Assembly: GCA_965216635.1 (NCBI GenBank) | Contig: OZ244188.1 | Span: forward strand, 1,536,001-1,600,000 | Direction: 5' to 3' | DNA from: a bacterium | GTDB lineage: Bacteria > SAR324 > XYD2-FULL-50-16 > G965216635 | DNA length: 64,000 bases | Shown: one piece after another, positions 48,481 through 57,660 of the stretch | How the letters are laid out: each line of letters starts with the position of its first letter | Numbering within the stretch: the stretch's first letter is position 1 | Notes under the pieces: model-generated | Seen by the model: only the letters and a program-made list of their open reading frames with translations | Database searches by the model: none | Told to the model about the DNA's origin: nothing | Position numbers and translations under genes: made by a program

Positions 48481-48500
48481 TTTTTTTAAAAAGTTCTCTA

Positions 48501-48875
48501 TTACAAAAGAAGCTGGAACATTGCAAACATAGATGAAAGAGTGATTGCCAAGCTGCCCGCAGTCATTGCAAAGACCCACTTGATAGTGTCTGTTTTAATA
48601 GTTGATATTTCTTTTTGCAAATTATTTTGCATTATTGCCATTTCTTTTTGGATACTTAACTCTAAAATCCTTAGATCTTTTTTTGTCGCTTCCTTATCTG
48701 GATTACTTAAATCCAAGCTTGTTTCTGATTTTTCTGCAAAACTTTGCACAGTTTTTAGAGATATAGCTTCCGCAGCGATTTTTGCTTTTTTTTTATCTGC
48801 ACCAGCACTCAAAAGAGCAGATAGTATTTTTTTTGAAATATCCTCTCCATCTGTTATTCGTTGTTGTAGATTCAT
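48501..48875 (-). CDS. CCDC90/DUF1640-like coiled-coil protein with a C-terminal TM anchor
   Basis: L.SAG....A...AEAI, ATKKDL, IKTDTIKWV followed by a hydrophobic tail. Confidence 0.7.
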   Translation of the reverse strand: MNLQQRITDGEDISKKILSALLSAGADKKKAKIAAEAISLKTVQSFAEKSETSLDLSNPDKEATKKDLRILELSIQKEMAIMQNNLQKEISTIKTDTIKWVFAMTAGSLAITLSSMFAMFQLLL

Positions 48876-48952
48876 TAATTTATCTGTCGTTTATTCTCTT
48901 AAAGAATAATAAAAAAAAATAAAAAAAGCAATAAAAATCTATCAGAAAAAAA

Positions 48953-49921
48953 CTAGCCACCTATCTGTTGCATATAAGTATCCGCCCCCACAAAAACTTT
49001 TTGTTTAGACTCCATAGCACCCAATAAAACTTTCTTTAGTTCTACTTTGTATTCTTGGGGTTCTGAGTTCAGCAAGTGCGTTATGGACTGATTGCGAGTA
49101 TTGCTGAGACAACCATAAATTTTTCCATCCGAAGTAAGTCTCAATCTATTACAATTCTGACAGAAAGGAGCAGAATAATTAGGAATAATCCCAAAAAATC
49201 CTTTGCCTGCAATCTCAAATTTTTGAGCTACAGAATCTATCGGAGCATCGCTCTTTTGAAAGTGATATTTTTGAGAAATTTTTTCTAATAATTCATCCAT
49301 AGAAATAAAAAAAGATTCAAAAACATTTTTAATATGCCCCATCTTCATCAGCTCAATATAGCGGCATTCTATATTTCTCGCCAAGCAAAAATCTAAAAGA
49401 GGTATAATGTGCTCCTCGTTTAAATTTTTCATAGGCACCATATTGATTTTAAGACGAAAGCCCATTTCCAATGCTTTATCTATAGCTGATAAAACCCGCT
49501 TCAATCCTTTTCTATGACTCATTTTTACAAAAATTTTCTCGTCCAAACTATCTAGGCTAATGTTTATTCTGCGAAATCCACTATCCCAAAGTGGAGACAA
49601 ATATTTTTCCAGTAAAAAGGCATTGGTAGTAAGACTCTTGTCCTTGAGTGGTAATTTTTGAAGAAAATCTAAAAAATTTTCTAAATCTCTGTAAAGCAGA
49701 GGTTCTCCGCCTGTCAAACGAAGTTTTGTGATTCCAGCGGTTTTTACCAGAGCTTGAGTTAAGAAAAAAAGGTCTGCTGCGTTCAATTCATTTGGAAGTT
49801 TTTTTAAAGCTAGATTTTGAGGCACACAGTAGGTGCATTGAAAATTACAGGCTTGAGTGAGGCTCACTCTCAAAGAAGAAAAACTTCTACCAAACTCATC
49901 TTTGTATTTAATTGGATCCAA
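48953..49921 (-). CDS. moaA: GTP 3',8-cyclase
   Basis: LRVSLTQACNFQCTYC, LTGGEPL, NISLDSL, FCQNCNRLRLT, terminal IGG. Confidence 0.93.
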   Translation of the reverse strand: MDPIKYKDEFGRSFSSLRVSLTQACNFQCTYCVPQNLALKKLPNELNAADLFFLTQALVKTAGITKLRLTGGEPLLYRDLENFLDFLQKLPLKDKSLTTNAFLLEKYLSPLWDSGFRRINISLDSLDEKIFVKMSHRKGLKRVLSAIDKALEMGFRLKINMVPMKNLNEEHIIPLLDFCLARNIECRYIELMKMGHIKNVFESFFISMDELLEKISQKYHFQKSDAPIDSVAQKFEIAGKGFFGIIPNYSAPFCQNCNRLRLTSDGKIYGCLSNTRNQSITHLLNSEPQEYKVELKKVLLGAMESKQKVFVGADTYMQQIGG

Positions 49922-49926
49922 AATAT

Positions 49927-50271
49927 CTACTCTAGTTTTTTTCGTTTTCCCTTTGCCGTAGTCGGAGAATAATTTTTTGCGAGATAATCCAAAATCACAG
50001 GTTCAAAATCTCCCAACTGCCACAAACCCTGTTCTTCTTGCATCCAGCGAATAGTCTCCACCCAGACTTTCCTAGTTAATCTGTTTTGAATGACTAGCCT
50101 TGAAGAATGACAACCTGTACAGTTAGCTCTCACAATTTCCCAACCTTTATCTATAACAAAACCTGTAGCTGTATCCTTTTTTTGTTCTTCTGCAAAGAGA
50201 TAAAAAAAGGATGTCCAGAAAAAAAATAAAAAACAAAAAAACAAGTATAAAAAAATAGTATTTTTTTGCAT
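49927..50271 (-). CDS. Monoheme c-type cytochrome, likely partner of the sulfite oxidase (SorB-like)
   Basis: Signal/TM segment, NCTGCH, IRWMQEEQGLW, ILDYLA. Confidence 0.8.
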   Translation of the reverse strand: MQKNTIFLYLFFCFLFFFWTSFFYLFAEEQKKDTATGFVIDKGWEIVRANCTGCHSSRLVIQNRLTRKVWVETIRWMQEEQGLWQLGDFEPVILDYLAKNYSPTTAKGKRKKLE

Positions 50272-50479
50272 CTTTTAAAAGAAGTAAGACTCAAGACTCA
50301 AAACTCAAAAGTTTTTTATGAATATTCGCACTCCGTCTTACCAAGCTAAAGTAAAATAGCTTGCTTTTTTGGTGTAGACTTTGTGTTTTTTTTGGGGCAA
50401 GAGCGCCAAAAGACACCCTTGCCATTAGATACTCACTAAACCTTCTCTAAACAGAACGCTAGTCTTTTAATTGGTGCGA

Positions 50480-51787
50480 TTAAGAAACACGCACAGCAAC
50501 CCTATGGGAAGAATTATTGAGATAGCCTTTAGGATTCCAACCAGGTAATACCATAGGCTGTGCAACTCCTGCATTATCTACAGCCCTAGCCCAAATTTCA
50601 TAATATCCTTTTTGCGGAAATTTAAAACTAGAACTCCATTGTTGCCAAGCCAATCTATTTTTTGGTTTTTGGAGTTTTGCTTTTTGCCAAGTCTGGCCGA
50701 AATCCATAGAAACAAGCATCTTAGATACTTTTCTATCTCCCGCCCAAGCCTGTCCATTGAAGTTTAGTTTTTCACCCAAGCTGTGTTGAATACCAGACTT
50801 TGGATAAGTAATCAACGATTTTACGGGCATAGACTCAATAATGCACATATCTTTATTGTCCACTTTTGTGCCAGGAGCTACCGGAAAACAAGGTAGGCGA
50901 TAAGCCTTTCCTGTCATTTTCGGTCCATCGTGCACCTTATCACGAATGGCAATTCGTTTCAACCATTTACCAGAAGTAGAACCGGGCCAACCTCCAAAAA
51001 CTAACCTAAGAGGATAGCCATTCATTGGATGTAGTGGTTTACCGTTCATACCCCAAGCTACCATAGATTCATTTTCTAAAGCCTTGAGGATAGGCACTCC
51101 GCGAGAAATAGGTAATTTACCGGGTACACCACTAAGATGTCTATCCGCACCAAAATAAGCAATATAAACAGCATCGCTTTTCACACCAGAAGCTTTTAGA
51201 ATGTCTTTTAGTCTGACTCCATTCCAAACAGGAGATCCCACAGCCCCTAAAGTCCACTGGTTGCCTTTGGCTGGAGGATCAAATTCGCTACGACCATTTC
51301 CTCCGCATTCTAAAGCAAGCTGCAAATCTACATTTTTGAACTTTGTTTTCAAATCTTGAATGCTATAACTTTGAGACTGCTCTGCAGATTCTCCATCTAT
51401 GGTTAAAGACCATTTATCTGCAGCTGGATTCTTAGGTGGAATACCATTGTTGCGGATAAAAAGCCTTTCTACAGGAGTTATAGCATCGTTTAAAAGATGA
51501 GGAGGAGTCTCTGCATTCAAAGGTCTGTCGTTTAAAACAGTCAGTCCATCTTTGCCTTCTATCTTAAAATCACTCAAAGTATTAGCAAAAACCGCAGGTA
51601 TAAGTCCAGCGGGCATAAACTGATGAAAAACAACATAGCCTCCGACTAAAGAAGACATTTTTCCTAATCCTTTAAAAAAACCACGCCGAGTTACCGGATT
51701 AGCAACCCTACCAAACACTTCCCAATCTGCTTGAATTGGGTCTTGTTGGACAAACTCGTGTAGTCCTTTTTCTTTTATACTTTTCAT
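50480..51787 (-). CDS. Periplasmic sulfite oxidase family molybdoenzyme (SorA/SorT-like)
   Basis: Tat-like TRRGFFK, PLNAETP, FIRNNG, LECGGNGR, GYPLRL, KWL, WNPKGYLNN. Confidence 0.88.
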   Translation of the reverse strand: MKSIKEKGLHEFVQQDPIQADWEVFGRVANPVTRRGFFKGLGKMSSLVGGYVVFHQFMPAGLIPAVFANTLSDFKIEGKDGLTVLNDRPLNAETPPHLLNDAITPVERLFIRNNGIPPKNPAADKWSLTIDGESAEQSQSYSIQDLKTKFKNVDLQLALECGGNGRSEFDPPAKGNQWTLGAVGSPVWNGVRLKDILKASGVKSDAVYIAYFGADRHLSGVPGKLPISRGVPILKALENESMVAWGMNGKPLHPMNGYPLRLVFGGWPGSTSGKWLKRIAIRDKVHDGPKMTGKAYRLPCFPVAPGTKVDNKDMCIIESMPVKSLITYPKSGIQHSLGEKLNFNGQAWAGDRKVSKMLVSMDFGQTWQKAKLQKPKNRLAWQQWSSSFKFPQKGYYEIWARAVDNAGVAQPMVLPGWNPKGYLNNSSHRVAVRVS

Positions 51788-51846
51788 TTTATTCTCCTAA
51801 TTGAGGTTTTTAACAAAAAAACATTTAAAAACTACAATAATTTTTA

Positions 51847-51899
51847 AAAAATAGCAATATTTTTAATAGGCTGTAAAAGAAAAATAGCAATATTTTTAA
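51847..51899. promoter_or_regulatory. 20-bp direct repeat upstream of the sulfite oxidase gene
   Basis: AAAAATAGCAATATTTTTAA at 51847-51866 and 51880-51899 (33-bp period). Confidence 0.4.
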
Positions 51900-51967
51900 A
51901 AAAAGGGTTTTGTTTTTATTGAACTACTAGAAATCTTTGAATTAGTGTTATGTGACGCTAGACAGGT

Positions 51968-52001
51968 AAAAAAAAAGAGGCAATTCATCGCCTCTTTTTT
52001 T
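51968..52001. terminator. Bidirectional intrinsic terminator
   Basis: A9-GAGGC-loop-GCCTC-T7. Confidence 0.75.
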
Positions 52002-52039
52002 ATTTTCTTAAAAAAGCACCTCCCCACCCTCCCCCAATA

Positions 52040-52100
52040 AAACCAACAGGCAAACCAACAGGCAAACCAATAGGCAAACTAATAGGCAAACTAACAGGCA
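52040..52100. repeat. Tandem repeat, 12-bp unit AAACCAACAGGC (~5 copies)
   Basis: Directly visible. Confidence 0.9.
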
Positions 52101-52115
52101 GGAGTGTTTTTACTT

Positions 52116-53324
52116 CTACCTAAAGCGGTAAACGAAGCGAATAAAAAGGGAGGCTGGTGTTTCTACTTCTATCGTTGTTTTTGTAGGCACTGTTGTTATT
52201 GATGTTTCCGATAGTCCTCCACTGTAAGTTGCAGTTACTTTTCCTGTTACTAGTACTCTTCTATCTTCATCACTAAAGGTGGTGTGTTGGTTATTATTTC
52301 TATCGTCTAAAAAACCAAGTGAAGCAATATTGCTAATTGGCTTAAATATAATACCTCCCACCAATACAGAGGAGGACATAGGACTCGGCACTGCCGGTGC
52401 TACTGAGGTTCTTGTTGGCACTGGTGCCGCATTGGTCTGTTTTATAGAGAGTTTTGTCCCCACCCAGAGCAGTCCCGCTTCTATGGAAAAGTTTTTGCTA
52501 AAATTTCGCTTATAGCCAAAATGAACAACGGGGGCTATTTTTGAATCCGAGCCTAGCGAAGTTTCTAGCTTGGTTTGGGCTAAACCTGCTCCTGCATAAA
52601 GCCCGTAGAGTAGGAAGTAATCCAGCAGTACAATTTGACTGTTCAGTTTATCGTCTCCTGCACTCCATTGGTGTAGGCTCAAAGAAAGGCGAAACTTTTC
52701 AAAGTCGTAACCTAGTTGCAATCCATTACCGCTTAAACTGGTATTTTTGTTGCTAACGGAATGCGATAGAGCAGAACCTACAACTGTTCCTGTTAAAAAT
52801 TCACTAAAAGAGGCTGCAAGCCTTTGGAAGTGGTTGAAACAGGAATAGATCTTTCCGTTTTTAGCGGGTGGCATTGAATTAGAAGTAGCGTCAAACTGGT
52901 GATTCCCGTAGCTCCTAACATCGGTTTTGCCATCATAGATACCATCTTCACAAATATCCACTACAGCAGCTATTGCCGTTGCGTCGTAATTGGAACTGTG
53001 CTTCAAAACACCCCTAGTGATAATAACCTCTGCGCCCGGTGTTGCGTCCAATGATACATTATTGGGGATACTCGTAGCAAATGTTATGCTCGTAGAATCC
53101 AATGTTCTGGTGTCTGTTACTATTTCTGTAAGAGTGGCGTTTTCTGTGGTGGTCTTTATTTTAGCACCTAGATAAAAGGGACTAACCCCGATAGACCAAC
53201 CTTGTTGTCTTTCTTGTGCTTTTAGGCTACCCGTCCCTGCATAAAAAGAGAAGAGCAAGCACGAAAGCAAAGATAAAATTGCCAATGTTATTTTGTTTAA
53301 TTTCATAATTTTTTGAGGTTTCAT
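52116..53324 (-). CDS. Outer-membrane beta-barrel protein with two large inserted loops
   Basis: Signal peptide; strands WSIGVSPFYLG, GLQLGYDF, GLYAGAG, HFGYKRNF; terminal LFIRFVYRFR. Confidence 0.6.
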   Translation of the reverse strand: MKPQKIMKLNKITLAILSLLSCLLFSFYAGTGSLKAQERQQGWSIGVSPFYLGAKIKTTTENATLTEIVTDTRTLDSTSITFATSIPNNVSLDATPGAEVIITRGVLKHSSNYDATAIAAVVDICEDGIYDGKTDVRSYGNHQFDATSNSMPPAKNGKIYSCFNHFQRLAASFSEFLTGTVVGSALSHSVSNKNTSLSGNGLQLGYDFEKFRLSLSLHQWSAGDDKLNSQIVLLDYFLLYGLYAGAGLAQTKLETSLGSDSKIAPVVHFGYKRNFSKNFSIEAGLLWVGTKLSIKQTNAAPVPTRTSVAPAVPSPMSSSVLVGGIIFKPISNIASLGFLDDRNNNQHTTFSDEDRRVLVTGKVTATYSGGLSETSITTVPTKTTIEVETPASLFIRFVYRFR

Positions 53325-53509
53325 AATTTTTTATAGTTGATTTGGGTTTAAAAATAAAGGTAAATCCATCCTCCGCTCCCAAGGGAATAGTTAAAAAACA
53401 TTTCTGTCAATAAAAAAAACAACTATTTCTTAACTTTGATTTTTTAAAAGCAAAATTCTCTTAATAATTAAGGTTACCTTACAAAAATTTTTTTGTAAAA
53501 TAAACGCCT

Positions 53510-54538
53510 CTAAAAAAGGCTTTTACCCTTAGATTTTAAGTCTTCACAAGCCTGCATTACTCTTTGGGACATATTTTTTTCAGCTAACTTGAGGTAACTT
53601 CTGGGGTCGTAAAATTTTTTATTGCCCACTTCGTTATCAATTTTTAAAACTTTATCATAGTTTTTAAACATATGTTCTGCAATAGGACGGGTATAGGCGT
53701 ATTGAGTATCAGTATCTACATTCATTTTGATAACACCATAATCTAGAGTTTCGTGAATTTCTACTTGAGAAGAACCAGAACCTCCGTGAAAAACTAAATC
53801 CATTTTTGCCGCCTCTCCATATTTTTGCAGGACCAATTCCTGTCCGCTTTTTAAAATTTTAGGACTGAGTTTTACATTACCGGGTTTATAAACTCCGTGA
53901 ACATTGCCAAAGGTTGCTGCCAGAATATATCTGCCGTCTGTTATATCTTTCATTTCTTCATAAACATAAAGCATTTCTTCGGGCGAGGTGTATAACTTCT
54001 CCGCTGGAGTGTCTTCGTTATTGATACCGTCTTCTTCTCCACCCACAACTCCTATTTCTAATTCTAGCATCATCTCCAGTGAGGCTAGCTCAGAAAAATA
54101 TTCTTTGGATAGTTTAATGTTTTCTTGCAAGGGCAACTCAGAGCCATCAAACATATGCGAGCTAAAAAGATTGGGCATTCCTTTACTTCTCCTTTCTTTT
54201 GTCCACTCCATTAAAGGACGCACAAAGCTATCCCATTTTTTCGGCACACAGTGGTCTGTATGCAGAATAATAAATACATTGTATTTTTCTGCTAATAAAT
54301 GGATATGTTCAGCGATGGCTCTAGCTCCCCAAGCCATATCCTTTATCCCCAGACCTGATGCAAATTCTCCCGCCCCTGTAGAAAGCTGAATAAACCCATC
54401 GCTTTGGGCTTCTGCAAAACCCTGCATAGCAGCATTGGCTGTGAGCGCAGAGGAAACATTGATAGCAGGCAAAGCGTAATTTCTGGCTTTAGCGCTATCT
54501 AAAATCTTACAATACTGTTGATGATTGACTACTGGCAT
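53510..54538 (-). CDS. fbaA: Class II fructose-bisphosphate aldolase
   Basis: PAINV, LHTDHC, HMFDGS, GGEEDG, FGNVHGVY, VFHGGSGS, YDPR. Confidence 0.96.
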   Translation of the reverse strand: MPVVNHQQYCKILDSAKARNYALPAINVSSALTANAAMQGFAEAQSDGFIQLSTGAGEFASGLGIKDMAWGARAIAEHIHLLAEKYNVFIILHTDHCVPKKWDSFVRPLMEWTKERRSKGMPNLFSSHMFDGSELPLQENIKLSKEYFSELASLEMMLELEIGVVGGEEDGINNEDTPAEKLYTSPEEMLYVYEEMKDITDGRYILAATFGNVHGVYKPGNVKLSPKILKSGQELVLQKYGEAAKMDLVFHGGSGSSQVEIHETLDYGVIKMNVDTDTQYAYTRPIAEHMFKNYDKVLKIDNEVGNKKFYDPRSYLKLAEKNMSQRVMQACEDLKSKGKSLF

Positions 54539-54772
54539 TGTTGTTAATTTGTTTGTTAGAATATAAAAAATTTAATACTAAATCCTATCTATATAAATTT
54601 CAACTAAACTACAAAACTTTTTTTAAATTTTTTTTTACAAAATTTTCTTTTTTTCCGCACAAGTGCTAAAGTTTGGAAAATGAGAAGTAGAATTTTTTTA
54701 TAATTGTAAAAATTTAGTTTTCTCTTAGAATACTAGAGGTTCTAAAAATTAGAAAAACAACATTTTTTTATT

Positions 54773-56344
54773 ATGGAAGATTTATTACAAATACAAGAGA
54801 GAGTTCAATTTGCTATTCGCAATGGAGAAAGCCACTACCGTGAGTTTAAGTCTGCTTTTCAAGGAGAAGAGGGCAAAAAAGTCCCTCGTCAATTAAAAGA
54901 GTTGTGTAGGGATATTGCAAAAACTCTGACAGCTTTTGGTAATGCAGATGGAGGTGAACTTTTTGTAGGTATAGAAGACAATGGAGAAATTTCTGGATTA
55001 TCTTATAACAAAAAGCAAATAGATTATTTGGTTTTTAAGTCTTACAAAGAGTATATTCATAAAGATACCCCTCTTACTTTAAGAAAAGCTGTAGTTGTGG
55101 ATTTTGAAGAAAAAAAAACAGCCTATTTTTCAGTAGCTAAAGGACGCAAGTATATCTATCAAACTTCAGAAGGAAAATGTTTTCAAAGAATAGATACAGA
55201 TTCTATGCCTACATCTTTTCGTAGTATTCATTTTGAACAACTAGAAGCAAATTCTATAGCCTACGACAATCGGTTTTTTGAATTAGCTAAAATATCTGAC
55301 CTTGAACATAATTTAGTAAAAAATGTTGCGAATAGTATTTTAGATATTCCAAAAATAGAAAAACTTTTGCAGTATTTAGAATTAGCAGAATTCAATGGAG
55401 AAAATTTGGTGTTGAGAAACGCTGCTTTGCTCCTCTTTGCAAAGAAAATTCGTAGATGGCATCCTCATTGTGAGATAAGAGTTTTTAAAGTAAAAGGTAC
55501 AATAGAAGGGACTGGAAAAAATTTTAATGTAGAAGAACTGGCTGGAATAGAAGGCAATATTTTCACTCTATTAGAAGAGGGGTGGGGGAAAATTAAATCC
55601 TATCTGTTGGAAACTAAATTTTCCAAAGACGCTACTTTTAGAAAAAGAGTTATCTATCCTGAAGCAGCCTGTCAAGAAGCTATTTATAATGCTATTATTC
55701 ACCGAGATTATAATATAGCAGGTAGAGGGATTGAGGTGAAAATTTTTGACGATAGGTTGGAAGTGATTAGCCCTGGCAATCTTCTCTCCACTTTAAAAAT
55801 AGAAGATTTAGGCAAAGGAGCTCATCAAAGTAGAAATAGTTATGTTGGTAAAATTTTAAGAGAGTCGGGATACATCCGTAAAAAAGGAGAAGGGATTCAA
55901 AGAATGTTTGAGCAGATGGAAAATTCTGACTTACAACCGCCTAAATTTGCTTCTTTCAACAGCACTTTTGTGGTCACTCTTTTTAATAAGCAGGTCTATA
56001 GCGAAGCAGAAAAGGAATGGTTAGAAGAATTTACAGAATTAGAATTAAACAAAAAACAACAAGCGATAGTTAGATTGGGTCTAGATAGCCGTCCTTTAAG
56101 CACAAAAGAAATTAGAGAATTTGCTAAAATTGTAGATACTCATAAGTTTAATAAGCTCATACAAGGATTAGATAGACTAGGTGTGCTAGAAAGACTTATG
56201 ATTCAATCAGACGCACATAGTTTTGCTAAAAAACAAAAAATAAACAAAAATGAGGTTAAAAGATTCAAAATTGTTCCTCCTAAAATCACTAAACTAGGCA
56301 AAGAAAAAAGAGTAAAATCTCAAGTAGAAAAAGCTATGATATAG
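54773..56344 (+). CDS. Schlafen/AlbA_2 domain + HATPase_c_4 (RecG C-terminal-like) protein
   Basis: GESHYREFKS, AFGNADGGELFVGIED, EAIYNAIIHRDY, FDDRLEVISPG, SRN, GEGI. Confidence 0.88.
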   Translation: MEDLLQIQERVQFAIRNGESHYREFKSAFQGEEGKKVPRQLKELCRDIAKTLTAFGNADGGELFVGIEDNGEISGLSYNKKQIDYLVFKSYKEYIHKDTPLTLRKAVVVDFEEKKTAYFSVAKGRKYIYQTSEGKCFQRIDTDSMPTSFRSIHFEQLEANSIAYDNRFFELAKISDLEHNLVKNVANSILDIPKIEKLLQYLELAEFNGENLVLRNAALLLFAKKIRRWHPHCEIRVFKVKGTIEGTGKNFNVEELAGIEGNIFTLLEEGWGKIKSYLLETKFSKDATFRKRVIYPEAACQEAIYNAIIHRDYNIAGRGIEVKIFDDRLEVISPGNLLSTLKIEDLGKGAHQSRNSYVGKILRESGYIRKKGEGIQRMFEQMENSDLQPPKFASFNSTFVVTLFNKQVYSEAEKEWLEEFTELELNKKQQAIVRLGLDSRPLSTKEIREFAKIVDTHKFNKLIQGLDRLGVLERLMIQSDAHSFAKKQKINKNEVKRFKIVPPKITKLGKEKRVKSQVEKAMI

Positions 56345-56508
56345 ACCTTTGAATTTCGCTGATGCTTATCCCACTATTGGGGCTAGCCAAATGGTTAGAA
56401 CAGGTGTGAAAATTTTTTTTAGCTCGCTGGAATACTGAAGTATTTCAAGAGTTAAAAAAAATTTTCAACGCTGTATAGTCTAAACAGAATGCAAATTCAA
56501 AAGTCTAT
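56341..56508 (+). mobile_element. Complete MITE (TAGAC...GTCTA family)
   Basis: Terminal IR ATAGACCTTTGAATTT / AAATTCAAAAGTCTAT; flanked by a direct repeat (TGATA, extendable to TATGATATA). Confidence 0.9.
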
Positions 56509-56743
56509 GATATATATTGCCAATTTGAGCGATAGGACTACAGAGCTAGATTTAAGAAAATTTTTTGAGAATTATGGAAAAGTAAAAAATATTACTATAC
56601 CAAAAAATCAAGAAACAGAGCAAATGCGTGGTTTTGCTTATGTAGAGTTTGAAAAAGTGACAGTGGCAGAAATAGCGTTGCGAGATACGGGGCGCCCTTT
56701 CTTAAAAGATAGGAGAATTTTTGTCCAAAAATATAAATTTTAG
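56507..56743 (+). CDS. RRM RNA-binding protein
   Basis: RNP2 IYIANL and RNP1 RGFAYVEF; likely start at 56507. Confidence 0.9.
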   Translation: MIYIANLSDRTTELDLRKFFENYGKVKNITIPKNQETEQMRGFAYVEFEKVTVAEIALRDTGRPFLKDRRIFVQKYKF

Positions 56744-56745
56744 AA

Positions 56746-57660
56746 ATGAAAAAAGATTTTTCTAAAACTATAGGTTTATTCACTCCTTCGTCTGCTATAA
56801 CTACCCAAGAATGGAAATTGTGTTTAGATTTTTTTAAAAAAAAAATTCGTGTAAAATATTCTCCTTTAATCACAGCAAAGAATGAATTTTTTGCGGGTAC
56901 TCCAAAACAAAAGTTCGCTCAAATCAAGGAGATTTTGCCTACCAAACATCTTTTGGCAGTGCGTGGGGGGAGTAGTTCGGTGCATTTGCTGATTTTATTA
57001 GATAAAATAAATGAGAATAAAATCAAAGATAGTTGTTTTATCGGTTTTAGTGATGTTTCTATTTTGTTGAATTACGCAGCCGCAGTAGGCGGCATTGCTA
57101 TCCATACGCATGTTGCTAATACACTACGGCAAGCTAGTTTTAAGGAGCAAAAACTTTTTTTTTCTCGCCTCCAAGGTGACTGGAGCGGAAATTTGGCAGG
57201 CGAAAATCAAAAACAGCTTATATGTCTTCAGTGCGGACAAGCAGAAGGAATTTTAATGGGAGGTAATTTGACTTCTTTAGTCAGTTTAGTGGGTAGCAAG
57301 TGGCAAGTGAATTTTGCTAATAAAATTCTTTTTTTAGAAGATACAAACGAAGCCTATTACTCTGTAGAAAGACTTTTTTCTCAACTTTACTACGCGGGAA
57401 GTTTGGCGAAAATCAAAGGATTGGTTTTAGGACATTTTTTGTATGCCTCCCAAAAAAAACAAGAACAAAAACAAAAAAAACTAAACCCTCAAAAAATTTT
57501 AGCATTGGTAAAAAATCTACTGCCTCCAAAAACACCTATTTTGGCAAATTTTCCAGCAGGACACGGATCGCAAAATGCACCGCTACCTATCGGAGCAGAA
57601 GTTTTCTTAGATGCTAAAAAAAAAGAATTTATTGCTATAGACAAAAAACTAAAATGTTAA
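56746..57660 (+). CDS. LD-carboxypeptidase (peptidase S66)
   Basis: VRGG, IGFSDVS, GGNL, LFLEDTNE, AGHG. Confidence 0.88.
   Translation: MKKDFSKTIGLFTPSSAITTQEWKLCLDFFKKKIRVKYSPLITAKNEFFAGTPKQKFAQIKEILPTKHLLAVRGGSSSVHLLILLDKINENKIKDSCFIGFSDVSILLNYAAAVGGIAIHTHVANTLRQASFKEQKLFFSRLQGDWSGNLAGENQKQLICLQCGQAEGILMGGNLTSLVSLVGSKWQVNFANKILFLEDTNEAYYSVERLFSQLYYAGSLAKIKGLVLGHFLYASQKKQEQKQKKLNPQKILALVKNLLPPKTPILANFPAGHGSQNAPLPIGAEVFLDAKKKEFIAIDKKLKC

Noticed and set aside
48541..48909. Plus-strand 122-aa ORF
   Set aside because: Antisense to the recognisable CCDC90/DUF1640-like gene.
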